A DNA stretch of 64,000 nucleotides from a bacterium. Its GTDB lineage: Bacteria; UBA8248. Below, one piece after another: positions 1-9,687 of this stretch (positions are counted from its first letter, which is position 1; the number at the start of each line of letters is the position of its first letter). The notes under the pieces were generated by a model. That model was given only the letters and a program-made list of their open reading frames with translations, was not told where the DNA came from and did no database searches. Where the stretch lies: the NCBI GenBank assembly GCA_965199855.1, contig OZ241326.1, positions 480,001-544,000 of the forward strand, in the 5' to 3' direction. A program made the position numbers and the translations under genes.

Positions 1-118
1 CGAAGGTGAGGTAGCGGTCGAGCCCCGACCAGAAGAACAGGACGAGGACGGCGAGGAGCGCCGCCGGGAGGAGGACGCTCCTGGGCGAGAGTTTTCGCCG
101 GGCTTTGGTGTCGCTCAT
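1..118 (-). CDS. 5' part of a membrane protein, probably TVP38/TMEM64 (VTT/DedA-like) or a VTT-fused oxidoreductase; runs off the window
   Basis: Manual translation from ATG at 118: MSDTKARRKLSPRSVLLPAALLAVLVLFFWSGLDRYLTF; basic N-terminus, TM helix and a GLDRYLT-type segment. Confidence 0.5.
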   Translation of the reverse strand, partial: MSDTKARRKLSPRSVLLPAALLAVLVLFFWSGLDRYLTF

Positions 119-166
119 GCCTGGGCGGCCGCCTTCACGGGGAATCCGGGAGCGCTGGACGGCCGA

Positions 167-235
167 AATATACGCGGGCGCCGCGCCGCGCGTCAAGCCG
201 CCGGATTGCCCGCCGCCGCCCGCCTCGGCTATCAT
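167..235. promoter_or_regulatory. Putative divergent sigma70 promoters
   Basis: Plus strand: TTGCCC(206-211)-N18-TATCAT(230-235). Minus strand: TTGACG(196-191)-N18-TATATT(172-167). Lies between two divergent genes. Confidence 0.4.
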
Positions 236-267
236 CGCGCCTCGGCTGTCCGGGGAGGGCGCGGGCC

Positions 268-1047
268 TTGGGTCTCAGAAGGTGGAAGGACAGGATGGTG
301 GCGCGGCTTTTGACGCGCCGGCCGGGGCTGGTGCGGCGCTGGGCGGGGAGCCGCGACTTCTCCGGCCCGGCCGGCGAGACGCCCTGGACGCCGCTTGCGA
401 GGCCGCTCGCCGAATGCCGGGTCGCGCTCGTGACGACGGGCGGGGTTCACCTCGAGGCGCAGGCGCCCTTCGACATGGAAAACCCCGACGGCGACCCGAC
501 GTTCCGCGAGATACCCGCGGACGCCGCGCGCGGGGATTTGACGATCACGCACGATTACTACGATCACCGCAGCGCGGACGCGGACCTGAACGTCGTCCTC
601 CCCCTGGATCGGCTCGGGGAGCTGGCGGAGGAGGGCGTCATCGGCGGGGTCTCGCCCCTGCACCTGAGCTTCATGGGTCACATCGACGGCGACCTCGCGC
701 CCCGGCTCATCGAGGAGACGGCGCCCGAGGCGGCGCGGTTGCTCGGGGAGGCGGGGGCGGACGCCGCGCTGCTCGCTCCCGCCTGAGGGCTGTGCCATCG
801 CTCGGTCGGGCTGATACAGAACGCGGTGGAGAGGGCGGGGACGCCCAGCGTCTCGCTCACCCTGGTGAAGGAGATCACCCTTCAGTTGCGCCCGCCGCGG
901 GCGGTTTTCCTCCCCTGGCCGCTCGGCCACCCCTTCGGGAAGCCCGGACGCGCCGAGCAGCAGCGCGCCGCGCTCCGCGCCATGCTCGGCCTGCTGGAGA
1001 CGGCGGACGCCCCCGGCGCGCTCATCGAGCCGGATATTCCCTGGTAG
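268..1047 (+). CDS. GrdB/PrdB-like (glycine/betaine/D-proline reductase B family) selenoprotein; UGA 784-786 read as Sec
   Basis: ORFs 268-786 and 826-1047 are in the same frame and separated only by TGA. Readthrough gives LLAPA-U-GLC-HRSVGLIQNAVERAG (UxxC). Family-like motifs VALVTTGG, DLNVVLPLDRL, PPRAVFLPWPLGHPFG. SECIS-like hairpin follows the UGA. Confidence 0.85.
790..819 (+). promoter_or_regulatory. Bacterial SECIS-like hairpin
   Basis: CTGT(790-793)/ACAG(816-819), ATC(797-799)/GAT(813-815), bulged U812, GCTC(800-803)/GGGC(808-811), apical loop GGTC starting 18 nt after the UGA. Confidence 0.7.
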
Positions 1048-1144
1048 GGATTCGCGGGCGCGCCGCCCGGATTTTCCTCGACACGCGCCCCCTTTCGTGG
1101 TTCAATTCCGGAAAACCATTCAAGGCTTGGAGAGGAGATTGCCC

Positions 1145-1738
1145 ATGGACGCGGCCCTCGCCCCCGGCCCGCCCCTCGCCGCGCTCGCGGCGGATTTGGC
1201 GGAGGCTCACGACAGGGGGCTCCGGGGGCGCGACTTCGTTCGCGCGGCGGAGCCGGGCCTCAGGCGCCTGCTGGCCTCGGGCGACTTCCTCCCGCCCGAG
1301 GCGCTGCGGCCCTCGGATTCGGGCTACGCGCGCCATCCGCTCCATCGGGACCCGGAGGGGCGCTTCGTCCTGGCGGCCATGGTCTGGAAGCCCGGCCAGG
1401 GCACCCCGATTCACGACCACGACGGCGCCTGGGGGGCGCTCGGCATGGCGCGCGGCGGGCTGGAGGTGGTGAACTATTTCGCGGACGCCGAGGTAGCCGA
1501 GGGGGAGGTCGCGCTGAGGAGCGACCCGCCCCACGCGCCGACGGCGGGCGGGCCGAACGCGGTTTGCGGCTGCGCGGACATCCATTCGGTGCGCAACCGG
1601 CGCGGCGACCTGGCGGTCTCCATCCACGTCTATCCGCGCGATCTGGAGGCGTGCCACTTCTTCGAGCCGGTGGCGGGGAAGGAGAACCGCTTCCGCGCGC
1701 GCCGGGTCGCCCTCTCCTATTCGGACGACTCCTCCTGA
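1145..1738 (+). CDS. Cysteine dioxygenase family (thiol dioxygenase, cupin)
   Basis: YARH, VWKPGQGTPIHDH, DIH and SIHVY motifs (3-His site plus Tyr); AGGAG upstream. Confidence 0.8.
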   Translation: MDAALAPGPPLAALAADLAEAHDRGLRGRDFVRAAEPGLRRLLASGDFLPPEALRPSDSGYARHPLHRDPEGRFVLAAMVWKPGQGTPIHDHDGAWGALGMARGGLEVVNYFADAEVAEGEVALRSDPPHAPTAGGPNAVCGCADIHSVRNRRGDLAVSIHVYPRDLEACHFFEPVAGKENRFRARRVALSYSDDSS

Positions 1739-1868
1739 GAGAGTTACGGGAGCGTCGGCGCGCCTTCTCCCGCTCGCGGTGGCGAATTCTCTCCCGTTTG
1801 GCGTATCTTTCGCCGAAAGAGGGGGCGGAATCCCCCGGCGCCGCCTCCCGTTCTCCAAAGAGGTCGAT

Positions 1869-2732
1869 ATGCGCGGCAAGGGCGGCTGGTACGCCGGCTT
1901 CGAGAAGGTCTCGAACTTCCGGATGGCGTTCCGCGAGTGGCGGCCGGCGCGGCGAAATTCGCTTTTGCCCGTGGTCGCGCTGCACGGCTCGCTGAGCCGG
2001 GGCGGCATGTGGAGCGCGACGGCGGAGGGGGCGGGCGCGATTCGCATGATATGCCCGGATCAGAGGGGATACGGCGGGACGGAGGACCCGGGCGGGGGCG
2101 ACGCCGCCGCGGACTTCGCAAGGGACGTCATCGGCCTGGCCGACGCGCTCCTGCTGGATCGCTTCGTCGTGATGGGGCATTCCTTCGCCGGCGCCATCGC
2201 CCTGGCGGCCGCCGCCGCGCGTCCGGAGCGCGTCGCGGCGGCCGTGCTGGTGGACCCGACGACGCCGGGCGGGGCGGACGCCCGCGCGGGCCTGGAGGCG
2301 GCGCGGGCGCGGCCGACGGAGTTCGCCGGCCTGGAGGAGGCGCGCGAGTTCGTCGCCTCCCACGAGGAGGGATACTGGCCGCCCGCGCGGACGAGGCGCT
2401 TCCTCTCGGACGCGCTGATCCTTGAGGGGGCGAACGGCGCCTGCCGGGTTCCCTGCGCGAGGAGCAGGCTTCTCCGGCTGCGCGAGTTCCAGGCCGGCCC
2501 CGCCGCCGACTACGACCCCGTCTTCTGGGCGAAGCGGGCGAAGCGCCCCGCCCTCGTCTTTCGCGGGGAGAAGAGCGCGCGCTTCTCCGCCGAGGCGGAA
2601 GCGTCGCTGATGCGCGCCCTGCCCGAAGGCTCGCGCGCGGTTGCGTGCGCGCGCGCCGGCCATTTTCCCACCGTCTCCCAGCCCTCCCTCGTGGAGCGCG
2701 AACTCAGGAAATTTCTGGCAGCGCTGCGATGA
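1869..2732 (+). CDS. Alpha/beta-fold hydrolase
   Basis: LHG, PDQRGYG, GHSFAG nucleophile elbow, C-terminal AGH. Confidence 0.85.
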   Translation: MRGKGGWYAGFEKVSNFRMAFREWRPARRNSLLPVVALHGSLSRGGMWSATAEGAGAIRMICPDQRGYGGTEDPGGGDAAADFARDVIGLADALLLDRFVVMGHSFAGAIALAAAAARPERVAAAVLVDPTTPGGADARAGLEAARARPTEFAGLEEAREFVASHEEGYWPPARTRRFLSDALILEGANGACRVPCARSRLLRLREFQAGPAADYDPVFWAKRAKRPALVFRGEKSARFSAEAEASLMRALPEGSRAVACARAGHFPTVSQPSLVERELRKFLAALR

Positions 2733-4939
2733 ACAGGACGGGCGGCGGCAGGCTTCACATCGAAACCGAACTCAGCCGCGACCTGGGGCTGACCTCCGCG
2801 CTTTCCATCGGCGTCGGGACGATGATAGCGGCGGGCATCTTCACGCTCTCGGGCCTCGCCGTCCGCGATGTGGGCTCCTCCGCCGTCATCGCCTTTTTGC
2901 TGGCCGCGCTCGTCGCCGCGTTCACCGCGCTGACCTACTGCGAGTTCTCCGCCCTCTATCCGGAGTCCGGCGAGGGCTATCTCTACGCGAGGAGAACGTT
3001 TCCACCGCCGCTCGCCTATCTGGTGGGGTGGACGCTGGTGCTGGGCTACGCCTCCTCGTGCGCCTTCTACGTCAGCAGCCTCTCCTCCTACTTCAACGAA
3101 TTCGTATGGCGCTCCCCCTATGAGCAGATATCCGGAACCCTGGGACTCGTCTGCCTCGTCCTGCTCAACATCAAGGGAACGAAGGAGTCGGCCCGCTTTC
3201 AGATCCTCATCACGGCCGGCAAGGTCGTCCTCCTCGTCTGGTTCGTCTTCGGCGGGCTGGGCAGCCTGGACCTGGACGCGCTGGCGGAGAGGATGAGCGC
3301 GGACGTTCCCCGGATCGGCGCGACGGCCGGCCTGGTCTTCATCACCTTTTTCGGCTTCTCGGCCATCGCGGCCTCGGCCGGGGAGGTCGTCAACCCCGTC
3401 AGGACGATCCCCCGCGCCATCTTCCTCTCCATGGCCATCGTGACGGTTCTCTACACCCTGGTGGTATTCGTCATCATCGCCGCGAACCTCACGGAATACA
3501 CGGAGGCGGCCATGGGCCGCGCCGCGCGTCTTTTCCTGGGCCCCGTCGGCGGCATGGTGATCGTCGTGGGCGCGCTTTTCTCGATGATCTCCGCCTCGAA
3601 CGCGTCCATTCTGGCGGGCTCGCGCGTCGTGCTGTCCATGGCGCAGCTGGGGCATCTGCCCTCCGGCATCGCCGCCATCAACCCGAAGACGCGCACGCCC
3701 ATCATCGCCCTCATGCTGGTGGGAGGCGCCATCATCCTCTTCGCGCAGAGCTTCCGCCTGGAGAAGCTGGCGCACTTCGCGGACGCCATTCTCCTGCTGG
3801 CGCTCATCTTCGTGAACGCCGCGCTCATCCTGCACCGCAGGAAGTTCCCGGATCTGCCGAGGCCCTTCCGCGCCCCCCTCGTGCCGCTGCTGCCGCTTCT
3901 GGGAATCGGCGCGAACCTCTATCTGCTCTCGCTGACGCTCCGCCACCCCGAGCCGGCCGTCATGGCCGCCCTGTGGCTGATCGTCGGGATGCTCGGCTTC
4001 CTGGCCTGGAAGGGCGCGCAGGCGGAGGAGGAGCTGCTGCCGGGCGAGCCCGCCCGCGTCGCGCAGGTCAGCATGGAGGGCGGGGAGAGCGACTTCCGCG
4101 TGCTGGTTCCCATCGCCAATCCGACGAACGCGGCGCCCCTGATCGATCTGGCGTCGGCCATCGCCGGGGACAGGGGCGGCGAAATCCTCGCCCTGCGGGT
4201 CGTCTCCCTGCCCGAGCAGTCCCCGCCGAGCCGCGAGGCGTCCTACGTCGAGCGCGAAAGGAGAATTCTGGAGCAGGCCCACGACCGCGCCCGGGCGAAC
4301 GGCGTCAGGCTCCATTCGCTGGTGAGCATCGGCCGTAGCCCGGCGCGCGTCATCCTGGAGACGGCCAGAGAGCGCCATTGCGATCTGATCGTCCTCGGCT
4401 GGAAGGGCTATACCTCCACCGCCAACCGCATCCTGGGCGAGATCGTGGACGACGTGGTCCGCCTCGCGCGGGCGGACATCCTGCTGGTGAAGCTCGTGGG
4501 CGAGATGAGGCTGAAGAACATCCTCCTGCCCACGACCGGGGGCGTCCACGCGCGCCTGGCGGAGCGGTGCGCGGCGCCGATAGCGAGCGCGCATGACGCC
4601 AGGCTCGTCGTATCGACGGTCGTCTCTCCCGAGGACGGGAGCGCGCGCAGGCATTTCGTCGAACAGAGGCTGAGCGAGGCGGTGGGCCGGATCAACGACG
4701 AGAGCGGCGTTCACGTGGAGAGCCGGGTCATCGCGCACAAGTCCGTTTCCGTCGGAATCATCCGGGCGGCGGAAGAATACGACGCCATCGCCATGGGCGC
4801 CGCCGGCGAGAGCTTCTACAGGCAGGTTCTCTTCGGCTCCATCCCCGAGAGCGTGGCGAAGCATACGGACAAGACGGTGATGGTGTATAAGCATTATTCG
4901 CCGGTGAAGGCGCTGGTGGGGCGCGTGATGGAGAGCTAG
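2729..4939 (+). CDS. APC-family amino acid permease fused to tandem universal-stress (USP) domains
   Basis: IGVGTMIAAGIF and a multi-TM region, then VLVPIAN / ILLPTTGG / FGSIPESV USP motifs; ATGA overlap with the hydrolase. Confidence 0.85.
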   Translation: MNRTGGGRLHIETELSRDLGLTSALSIGVGTMIAAGIFTLSGLAVRDVGSSAVIAFLLAALVAAFTALTYCEFSALYPESGEGYLYARRTFPPPLAYLVGWTLVLGYASSCAFYVSSLSSYFNEFVWRSPYEQISGTLGLVCLVLLNIKGTKESARFQILITAGKVVLLVWFVFGGLGSLDLDALAERMSADVPRIGATAGLVFITFFGFSAIAASAGEVVNPVRTIPRAIFLSMAIVTVLYTLVVFVIIAANLTEYTEAAMGRAARLFLGPVGGMVIVVGALFSMISASNASILAGSRVVLSMAQLGHLPSGIAAINPKTRTPIIALMLVGGAIILFAQSFRLEKLAHFADAILLLALIFVNAALILHRRKFPDLPRPFRAPLVPLLPLLGIGANLYLLSLTLRHPEPAVMAALWLIVGMLGFLAWKGAQAEEELLPGEPARVAQVSMEGGESDFRVLVPIANPTNAAPLIDLASAIAGDRGGEILALRVVSLPEQSPPSREASYVERERRILEQAHDRARANGVRLHSLVSIGRSPARVILETARERHCDLIVLGWKGYTSTANRILGEIVDDVVRLARADILLVKLVGEMRLKNILLPTTGGVHARLAERCAAPIASAHDARLVVSTVVSPEDGSARRHFVEQRLSEAVGRINDESGVHVESRVIAHKSVSVGIIRAAEEYDAIAMGAAGESFYRQVLFGSIPESVAKHTDKTVMVYKHYSPVKALVGRVMES

Positions 4940-4993
4940 CCGGCGCGCGGAGGCGGCGGGAGCCGCGGGTTTTCAGCATCGGGGAGGCTTCGC

Positions 4994-5713
4994 TTGTCCA
5001 AGATCGCGTCGAGCTCGGCGGAGGCCGTTTCCGACGTTCCCGCCGGCGCGTCGATTCTCATCGGCGGGTTCGGGATATGCGGGATGGCGCACAACCTGTG
5101 CAGGGCGCTCAGCGCGCGCGCGGACGCGGGGAATTTTCATCTGGTCTCGAACGCGGGCGGGGTGGACGGCTGGGGGGTGGGGCTGATGTTCGAGAAGCGG
5201 CAGGTGCGCTCCATCGTCGCCAGCCGCGTGGGCCCCGCCTGCAGGGCGTATGAGGAGCAGGCGCTGAACGGGGAGATCGAGGTGGAGCTCTCGCCCCAGG
5301 GGACGTTCGCGGAGCGGATTCGCGCGGGCGGGGCGGGCCTCGGCGGCTTCTTCACGCCCACGGGGGCGGGCACGGTCGTGGCCGAGGGGAAGGAGACGCG
5401 GATGATCGACGGGCGCGAGCACGTTTTCGAGGCGCCCATCCGGGCGGACTACGCCTTCGTCAAGGCCTGGAAGGGAGACGCGCGCGGAAACCTCGTCTAC
5501 CGGATGAGCGCGCGCAACTTCAACCCCGTCATGGCGACCGCCGCCGGGGTGACCATCGCCGAGGTGGAGGAGATAGCGCCCGTGGGCGACATCGCGCCGG
5601 AGAGCGTGCATACGCCGGGAATTTTCGTGCAGCGGGTCGTCCTGGGCGAGGACCCGGAGAAGCCCGTCGAAATCAGGACGAGCCGGCCCCGAAGCGGGCG
5701 CGGGAGGAGCTGA
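4994..5713 (+). CDS. 3-oxoacid CoA-transferase subunit A
   Basis: IGGFGICG, PQGTFAERIRAGGAG, ARNFNP, HTPGIFV. Confidence 0.9.
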   Translation: MSKIASSSAEAVSDVPAGASILIGGFGICGMAHNLCRALSARADAGNFHLVSNAGGVDGWGVGLMFEKRQVRSIVASRVGPACRAYEEQALNGEIEVELSPQGTFAERIRAGGAGLGGFFTPTGAGTVVAEGKETRMIDGREHVFEAPIRADYAFVKAWKGDARGNLVYRMSARNFNPVMATAAGVTIAEVEEIAPVGDIAPESVHTPGIFVQRVVLGEDPEKPVEIRTSRPRSGRGRS

Positions 5714-5714
5714 G

Positions 5715-6377
5715 TTGGCCCTCGACAGGGGCGACATCGCCCGGCGCGCGGCCATGGAGGTGCCGCGGGGGGGATACGTGAACCTGGGGCTGGGCATCCC
5801 CACCCTGGTGAGCAACTACATCCCCGAGGAATGGGGCGTCACCATCCATTCGGAGAACGGCGTGCTGGGCGTGGGCCCGTTTCCCTACGAGGGCGAGGAG
5901 GACCCCGACCTGCTGAACGCCAGCAAGGAGACCGTGACGCTTCTGCCGGGCGGCTCGTATTTCGACAGCGCCGAGTCGTTCGCCATGATCCGGGGCGGGC
6001 ACGTCGACGTCACCATCCTGGGGGCGATGGAGGCGGCCGCGAACGGCGACCTGGCGAACTGGGCGATTCCCGGCCGGATGATCTCCGGCATGGGAGGGGC
6101 GATGGATCTCGTCGTGGGCGCGCGGAAGGTCATCCTCGCCATGGAGCACGTCTCGAGGCGGGGCGACCCGAAAATCGTGGAGGCCTGCTCCCTGCCCCTG
6201 ACCGGCAGGGGCGTGGTGGACGTCATCATCACCGATCTGGCGCTCATCACCGTGGAGAGCGGGGGGCTGCTGCTTCGGGAGCTCGCCCCCGGCGTGAGCG
6301 AGCGCGAGGTGCGGGAGAAGACCGCGGCGCCCCTGCGGACGGCGCCGGACGCGCGCGAGATGTTCGCGGCCGCCTGA
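5715..6377 (+). CDS. 3-oxoacid CoA-transferase subunit B
   Basis: VNLGLGIPT, catalytic SENG, MIRGGH, GMGGAMDLV. Confidence 0.9.
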   Translation: MALDRGDIARRAAMEVPRGGYVNLGLGIPTLVSNYIPEEWGVTIHSENGVLGVGPFPYEGEEDPDLLNASKETVTLLPGGSYFDSAESFAMIRGGHVDVTILGAMEAAANGDLANWAIPGRMISGMGGAMDLVVGARKVILAMEHVSRRGDPKIVEACSLPLTGRGVVDVIITDLALITVESGGLLLRELAPGVSEREVREKTAAPLRTAPDAREMFAAA

Positions 6378-6386
6378 GCCTCCCCG

Positions 6387-7304
6387 ATGGTCGACCTCGA
6401 AGAATTCACCCGGGCGCATTGGGGCCTCATGCGGCGGCACGCCTACCGGCTCACGGGCAACGCGCTGGACGCGGACGACGTGGCCCAGGACGCCATGCTG
6501 CGCGCCGTCGAAATGGGCCCGGCCCTCGAGCGCGTCGCGGATCATCCCGAGTGGCTCTGCCGGGCGTGCGCCGAGGCGGCGCTCTCCCGGCTGCGGGAGA
6601 GGGAGCCCCTGCGGCCCGATGAATTCGACCTGCCCGACCCGGCGCAGACCGCGGCCCCCGGCGCGAACGGCGAGGCCGCTCCTCTCGACGCGGAGGCCGG
6701 CTGGCCGGGCGTCGCGCTCGACTTCCTGTTTCCCCTGCAATACATGACGCCCGAGCAGCGCGCCGTCGCCGCGCTCAGGGACGGAATCGAGGACGGGGAC
6801 AGGGTGGCGGCCGCCGCGCTGGGGGTGAAGATGCAGGAGGTGTTCAAAATCGCCGAGGGCGCGGAGGCGAAGCGGACGCGGATCGAGAAGCGCTGGGGCG
6901 GAAAGGCCGCCCTCGCGCCCGCGGGAGATCGGGAGAGGGCGGAGCGGGTGTTCGGGCGCTTCGTCGAGGCGCTCGGAATGCGCGACAAGGCGCTGCTCCA
7001 GGGGCTGCTGGCGCCGGAGGCGGAGCTCGTCGTGCGCGGCGAGCGCAGAACGGGCGATGACTTCGTGGCGCTCGCCTGCGCGGAGCTGCTCGGCCAGATG
7101 GGCGAGAGGCTGACGTTCTCCCCCGTCTGGCTGAACGGCCGCCGCGGCGCGCTCATCTGGACGTGGCGCGCGAGGCGGGCCGAGTGGATGCGGTGCGGAG
7201 CCGTCGCCGTCCTCAACGACGAATCGGGCGTCAAGGCGATGAAGTGGCATCTGGACGGCCACCTTCTGCGCGCCATCCGCGCCGAGGCGCCCCGCCCCGC
7301 CTGA
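6387..7304 (+). CDS. ECF sigma factor with a C-terminal SnoaL-like extension (ECF41/56-like)
   Basis: AYRLTGNALDADDVAQD (region 2), TPEQRAVAALRD (region 4), C-terminal FVEAL..D..L..LLA and LNG motifs. Confidence 0.7.
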   Translation: MVDLEEFTRAHWGLMRRHAYRLTGNALDADDVAQDAMLRAVEMGPALERVADHPEWLCRACAEAALSRLREREPLRPDEFDLPDPAQTAAPGANGEAAPLDAEAGWPGVALDFLFPLQYMTPEQRAVAALRDGIEDGDRVAAAALGVKMQEVFKIAEGAEAKRTRIEKRWGGKAALAPAGDRERAERVFGRFVEALGMRDKALLQGLLAPEAELVVRGERRTGDDFVALACAELLGQMGERLTFSPVWLNGRRGALIWTWRARRAEWMRCGAVAVLNDESGVKAMKWHLDGHLLRAIRAEAPRPA

Positions 7305-7377
7305 AATTCCTCCCGGGAAGCGCGCGCGGGGCGCCGCTTTCGTCTTCTCCCCTCGCGCCCGTCCGGAAGGGGAGGCG

Positions 7378-9687
7378 TCACCCCCCGCTTTTCGCGGTCT
7401 TTCCCAGCGCTTCGAGAACGTGGTGCGGCCCCACCGGAATCTCGAAGAACCGCGCGCCCACCGCGTCGGCGATGGCGTTCATAATGGCCGCCGGCGCGGC
7501 GAGGATGGGGGGCTCGCCCACGCCCCTCATGCCGTAGGGCGTGTCGGCCGCCCCGTTCTCGATCATGACGGTCTTGAGTTCGGGCAGGTCCATGCTGGTG
7601 GGCAGCAGGTAGTCGTGGAGCGTCTCTCCGCGGACGCGGCCGTCCGCGCCGCGCGGCTGCTCCTCCATGAGCGCGAGACCCAGGCCCTGGAGCATCCCGC
7701 CTTCCATCTGGCCGACGATCGAGGCGGGGTTCATGGCGAAGCCCACGTCCTGGGCGCAGACCAGCCTCAGCACCCGCACCTCGCCCGAATCCGGGTTGAC
7801 GGCCACCTCCGCCGCCTGCGCCGTGTAGATGGGGCAAAGCGCGGGGGCGGGCGTCTCCCCCTGCCCCATCACGTAGCCGGAAACCCCCGGAGCCGCCCGC
7901 GCCGCCTCGCTCAGCGGCATGGAGCGCTCCGGCGCGGATTCGGCGAAGACGCGCCCCTCCTCGATTCGCAGATCGCGCGGGTCGGCTTCGAGCTTCTCGG
8001 CGGCGACGGCGCGGATTTTCTCCTTCAGGTCCTCCACCGCGGCGAGGACGGCCGCGCCCATCGAGCGGGTCGCCATGCTGCCCGCCGCGCGGACGGATTC
8101 GGGGGCGGTGTCGGTGTCGCCGCTCCCGAAGGAGACGCGCCCGACGTCGAGGCCCATCTCCTCGGCGGCGATCTGGCGCATGGAGGTGGCCGAGCCGGTG
8201 AGGTTCACGGAGCCGCTCTGGAGGTGGACGCTCCCGTCCGCGTTCAGCCGCGCCGTGCAGGAGGACGCTCCGCCGCTTCCGCGCCAGAAGGCGGCGGCGA
8301 GGCCGCGCCCGAGCCTCCAGCCCGCGCCCTCGAGGTTCTCGTCCGTCCTGACGGCCTCGCCCCAGCCGGCCTCTGCGGCGGCGCTTTCGAGAACCTCGCG
8401 CATCCCGTCGTCCTTCTGCACGCCGAACAGTCCCGCGCCGCCTTCGCGGATGGCGTTTTTCCGCCTGATTTCGAGGGGGTCGATGCCCAGTTCGCGGGCG
8501 ATGACATCGAGGTGGACCTCCGTCGCGAAATAGCACTGGGGCCCGCTCGGCCCCCGCACCGAGCCGCAGACGGGGCCGTTGGTATAGACGCTCGTCATCT
8601 TCACCGAGGCGGCGGGAATGGCGTAGCAGCTGGCGAACATCGGAATGCGCGAGCTCGCGTCGGTCGGCGCGTTGGGCGCGTATGCGCCGTGGTCCATGAC
8701 GACGTCCGCCTCGCGCGCGAGGATGAGGCCGTCCGCGCTCACGCCCGTCTTCAGGCGAATCCGCAGGGCCTGGCGGGGTCCGACGAAAAGATGATCGTCC
8801 TCGCGCGTCATTTCGTGGCGAACGGCGCGCCCGCTCCTGAGAGCGAGCAGCGCGACGACGTGCTCGATGAACGAGTGGAGCTTCCCTCCGAAGCCTCCGC
8901 CGACCTCCATGGGAACGACCCTGACTTTCGCGAGCGGGACTCCGAGCGCCGCCGCGACCTGCTCGCGTATGACGAAGGGTGCCTGGGTCGTCGTCCAGAT
9001 GGTGACTTTCCCGTCGGCGCCCGGCTCCGCCGCGCAGGCGTGCGGCTCGATGTAGCCCGAGTGCGCGTAGGGCGTGCGGAACACGTGCTCGAACACGCGA
9101 TCCGCCTTCCGCATGGCCGCCCGGGCGTCGCCGATGGAAGCCTCATAGCGGCCGATCACGTTGCCCTCTCCGCCGGGGCCCAGGCCGGCTTTCTCCCAGT
9201 CCTCGTGAACGAGCGGGCCCTCGCCCCCGCTCGCGGCCGCCAGGTCCGTCACCGGCTCGAGCGGCTCGTAGTCCACGCGGACGGCCTCCAGCGCGTCCCG
9301 GGCGGCGTCCATGGACTCGGCCGCGACGGCCGCCACGGGGTCTCCCACGCATCGGACGAAGCCGTCGCGGGCCAGCCAGCGCAGATCGCGTATCTCGTCG
9401 CCGAAGCGATGGGCCGGGCAGTCGCCGCCCAGCAGGACGACGCGCGTCCCCGGCGTCCTGCGCGCCGCGCTCGCGTCGATGGAGAGGACGCGGGCGCGCG
9501 GGTGGGGGCTTCGGAGAATGAGGCCGACCAGGGGCCGGACGAGGGGCGCGTCGGCGGCGAACCTGGCCGCGCCCGCCGCCTTGTCCGGCAGATCTTCTCT
9601 CGGGACGCTTTTTCCGACCACCCGGAACGCGCGCGGGGGACGCTCCGGGGCGGGCGGCGTCTCCGGCTGATGCGGCTCGTCTGGCAT
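7378..9687 (-). CDS. Xanthine dehydrogenase-family molybdopterin-binding large subunit
   Basis: ILRSPHP, YIEPH, GGGFGGK, GQMEGG, GVGEPP (catalytic Glu); start trimmed to MPDEP with GAGG upstream. Confidence 0.9.
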   Translation of the reverse strand: MPDEPHQPETPPAPERPPRAFRVVGKSVPREDLPDKAAGAARFAADAPLVRPLVGLILRSPHPRARVLSIDASAARRTPGTRVVLLGGDCPAHRFGDEIRDLRWLARDGFVRCVGDPVAAVAAESMDAARDALEAVRVDYEPLEPVTDLAAASGGEGPLVHEDWEKAGLGPGGEGNVIGRYEASIGDARAAMRKADRVFEHVFRTPYAHSGYIEPHACAAEPGADGKVTIWTTTQAPFVIREQVAAALGVPLAKVRVVPMEVGGGFGGKLHSFIEHVVALLALRSGRAVRHEMTREDDHLFVGPRQALRIRLKTGVSADGLILAREADVVMDHGAYAPNAPTDASSRIPMFASCYAIPAASVKMTSVYTNGPVCGSVRGPSGPQCYFATEVHLDVIARELGIDPLEIRRKNAIREGGAGLFGVQKDDGMREVLESAAAEAGWGEAVRTDENLEGAGWRLGRGLAAAFWRGSGGASSCTARLNADGSVHLQSGSVNLTGSATSMRQIAAEEMGLDVGRVSFGSGDTDTAPESVRAAGSMATRSMGAAVLAAVEDLKEKIRAVAAEKLEADPRDLRIEEGRVFAESAPERSMPLSEAARAAPGVSGYVMGQGETPAPALCPIYTAQAAEVAVNPDSGEVRVLRLVCAQDVGFAMNPASIVGQMEGGMLQGLGLALMEEQPRGADGRVRGETLHDYLLPTSMDLPELKTVMIENGAADTPYGMRGVGEPPILAAPAAIMNAIADAVGARFFEIPVGPHHVLEALGKTAKSGG

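Noticed and set aside
1099-1109. GGTTCAATTCC T-loop-like motif
   Set aside because: No cloverleaf can be built around it
7378-9687. Aerobic CO dehydrogenase CoxL
   Set aside because: Lacks the AYxCSFR/AYRGAGR loop and coxMS neighbours
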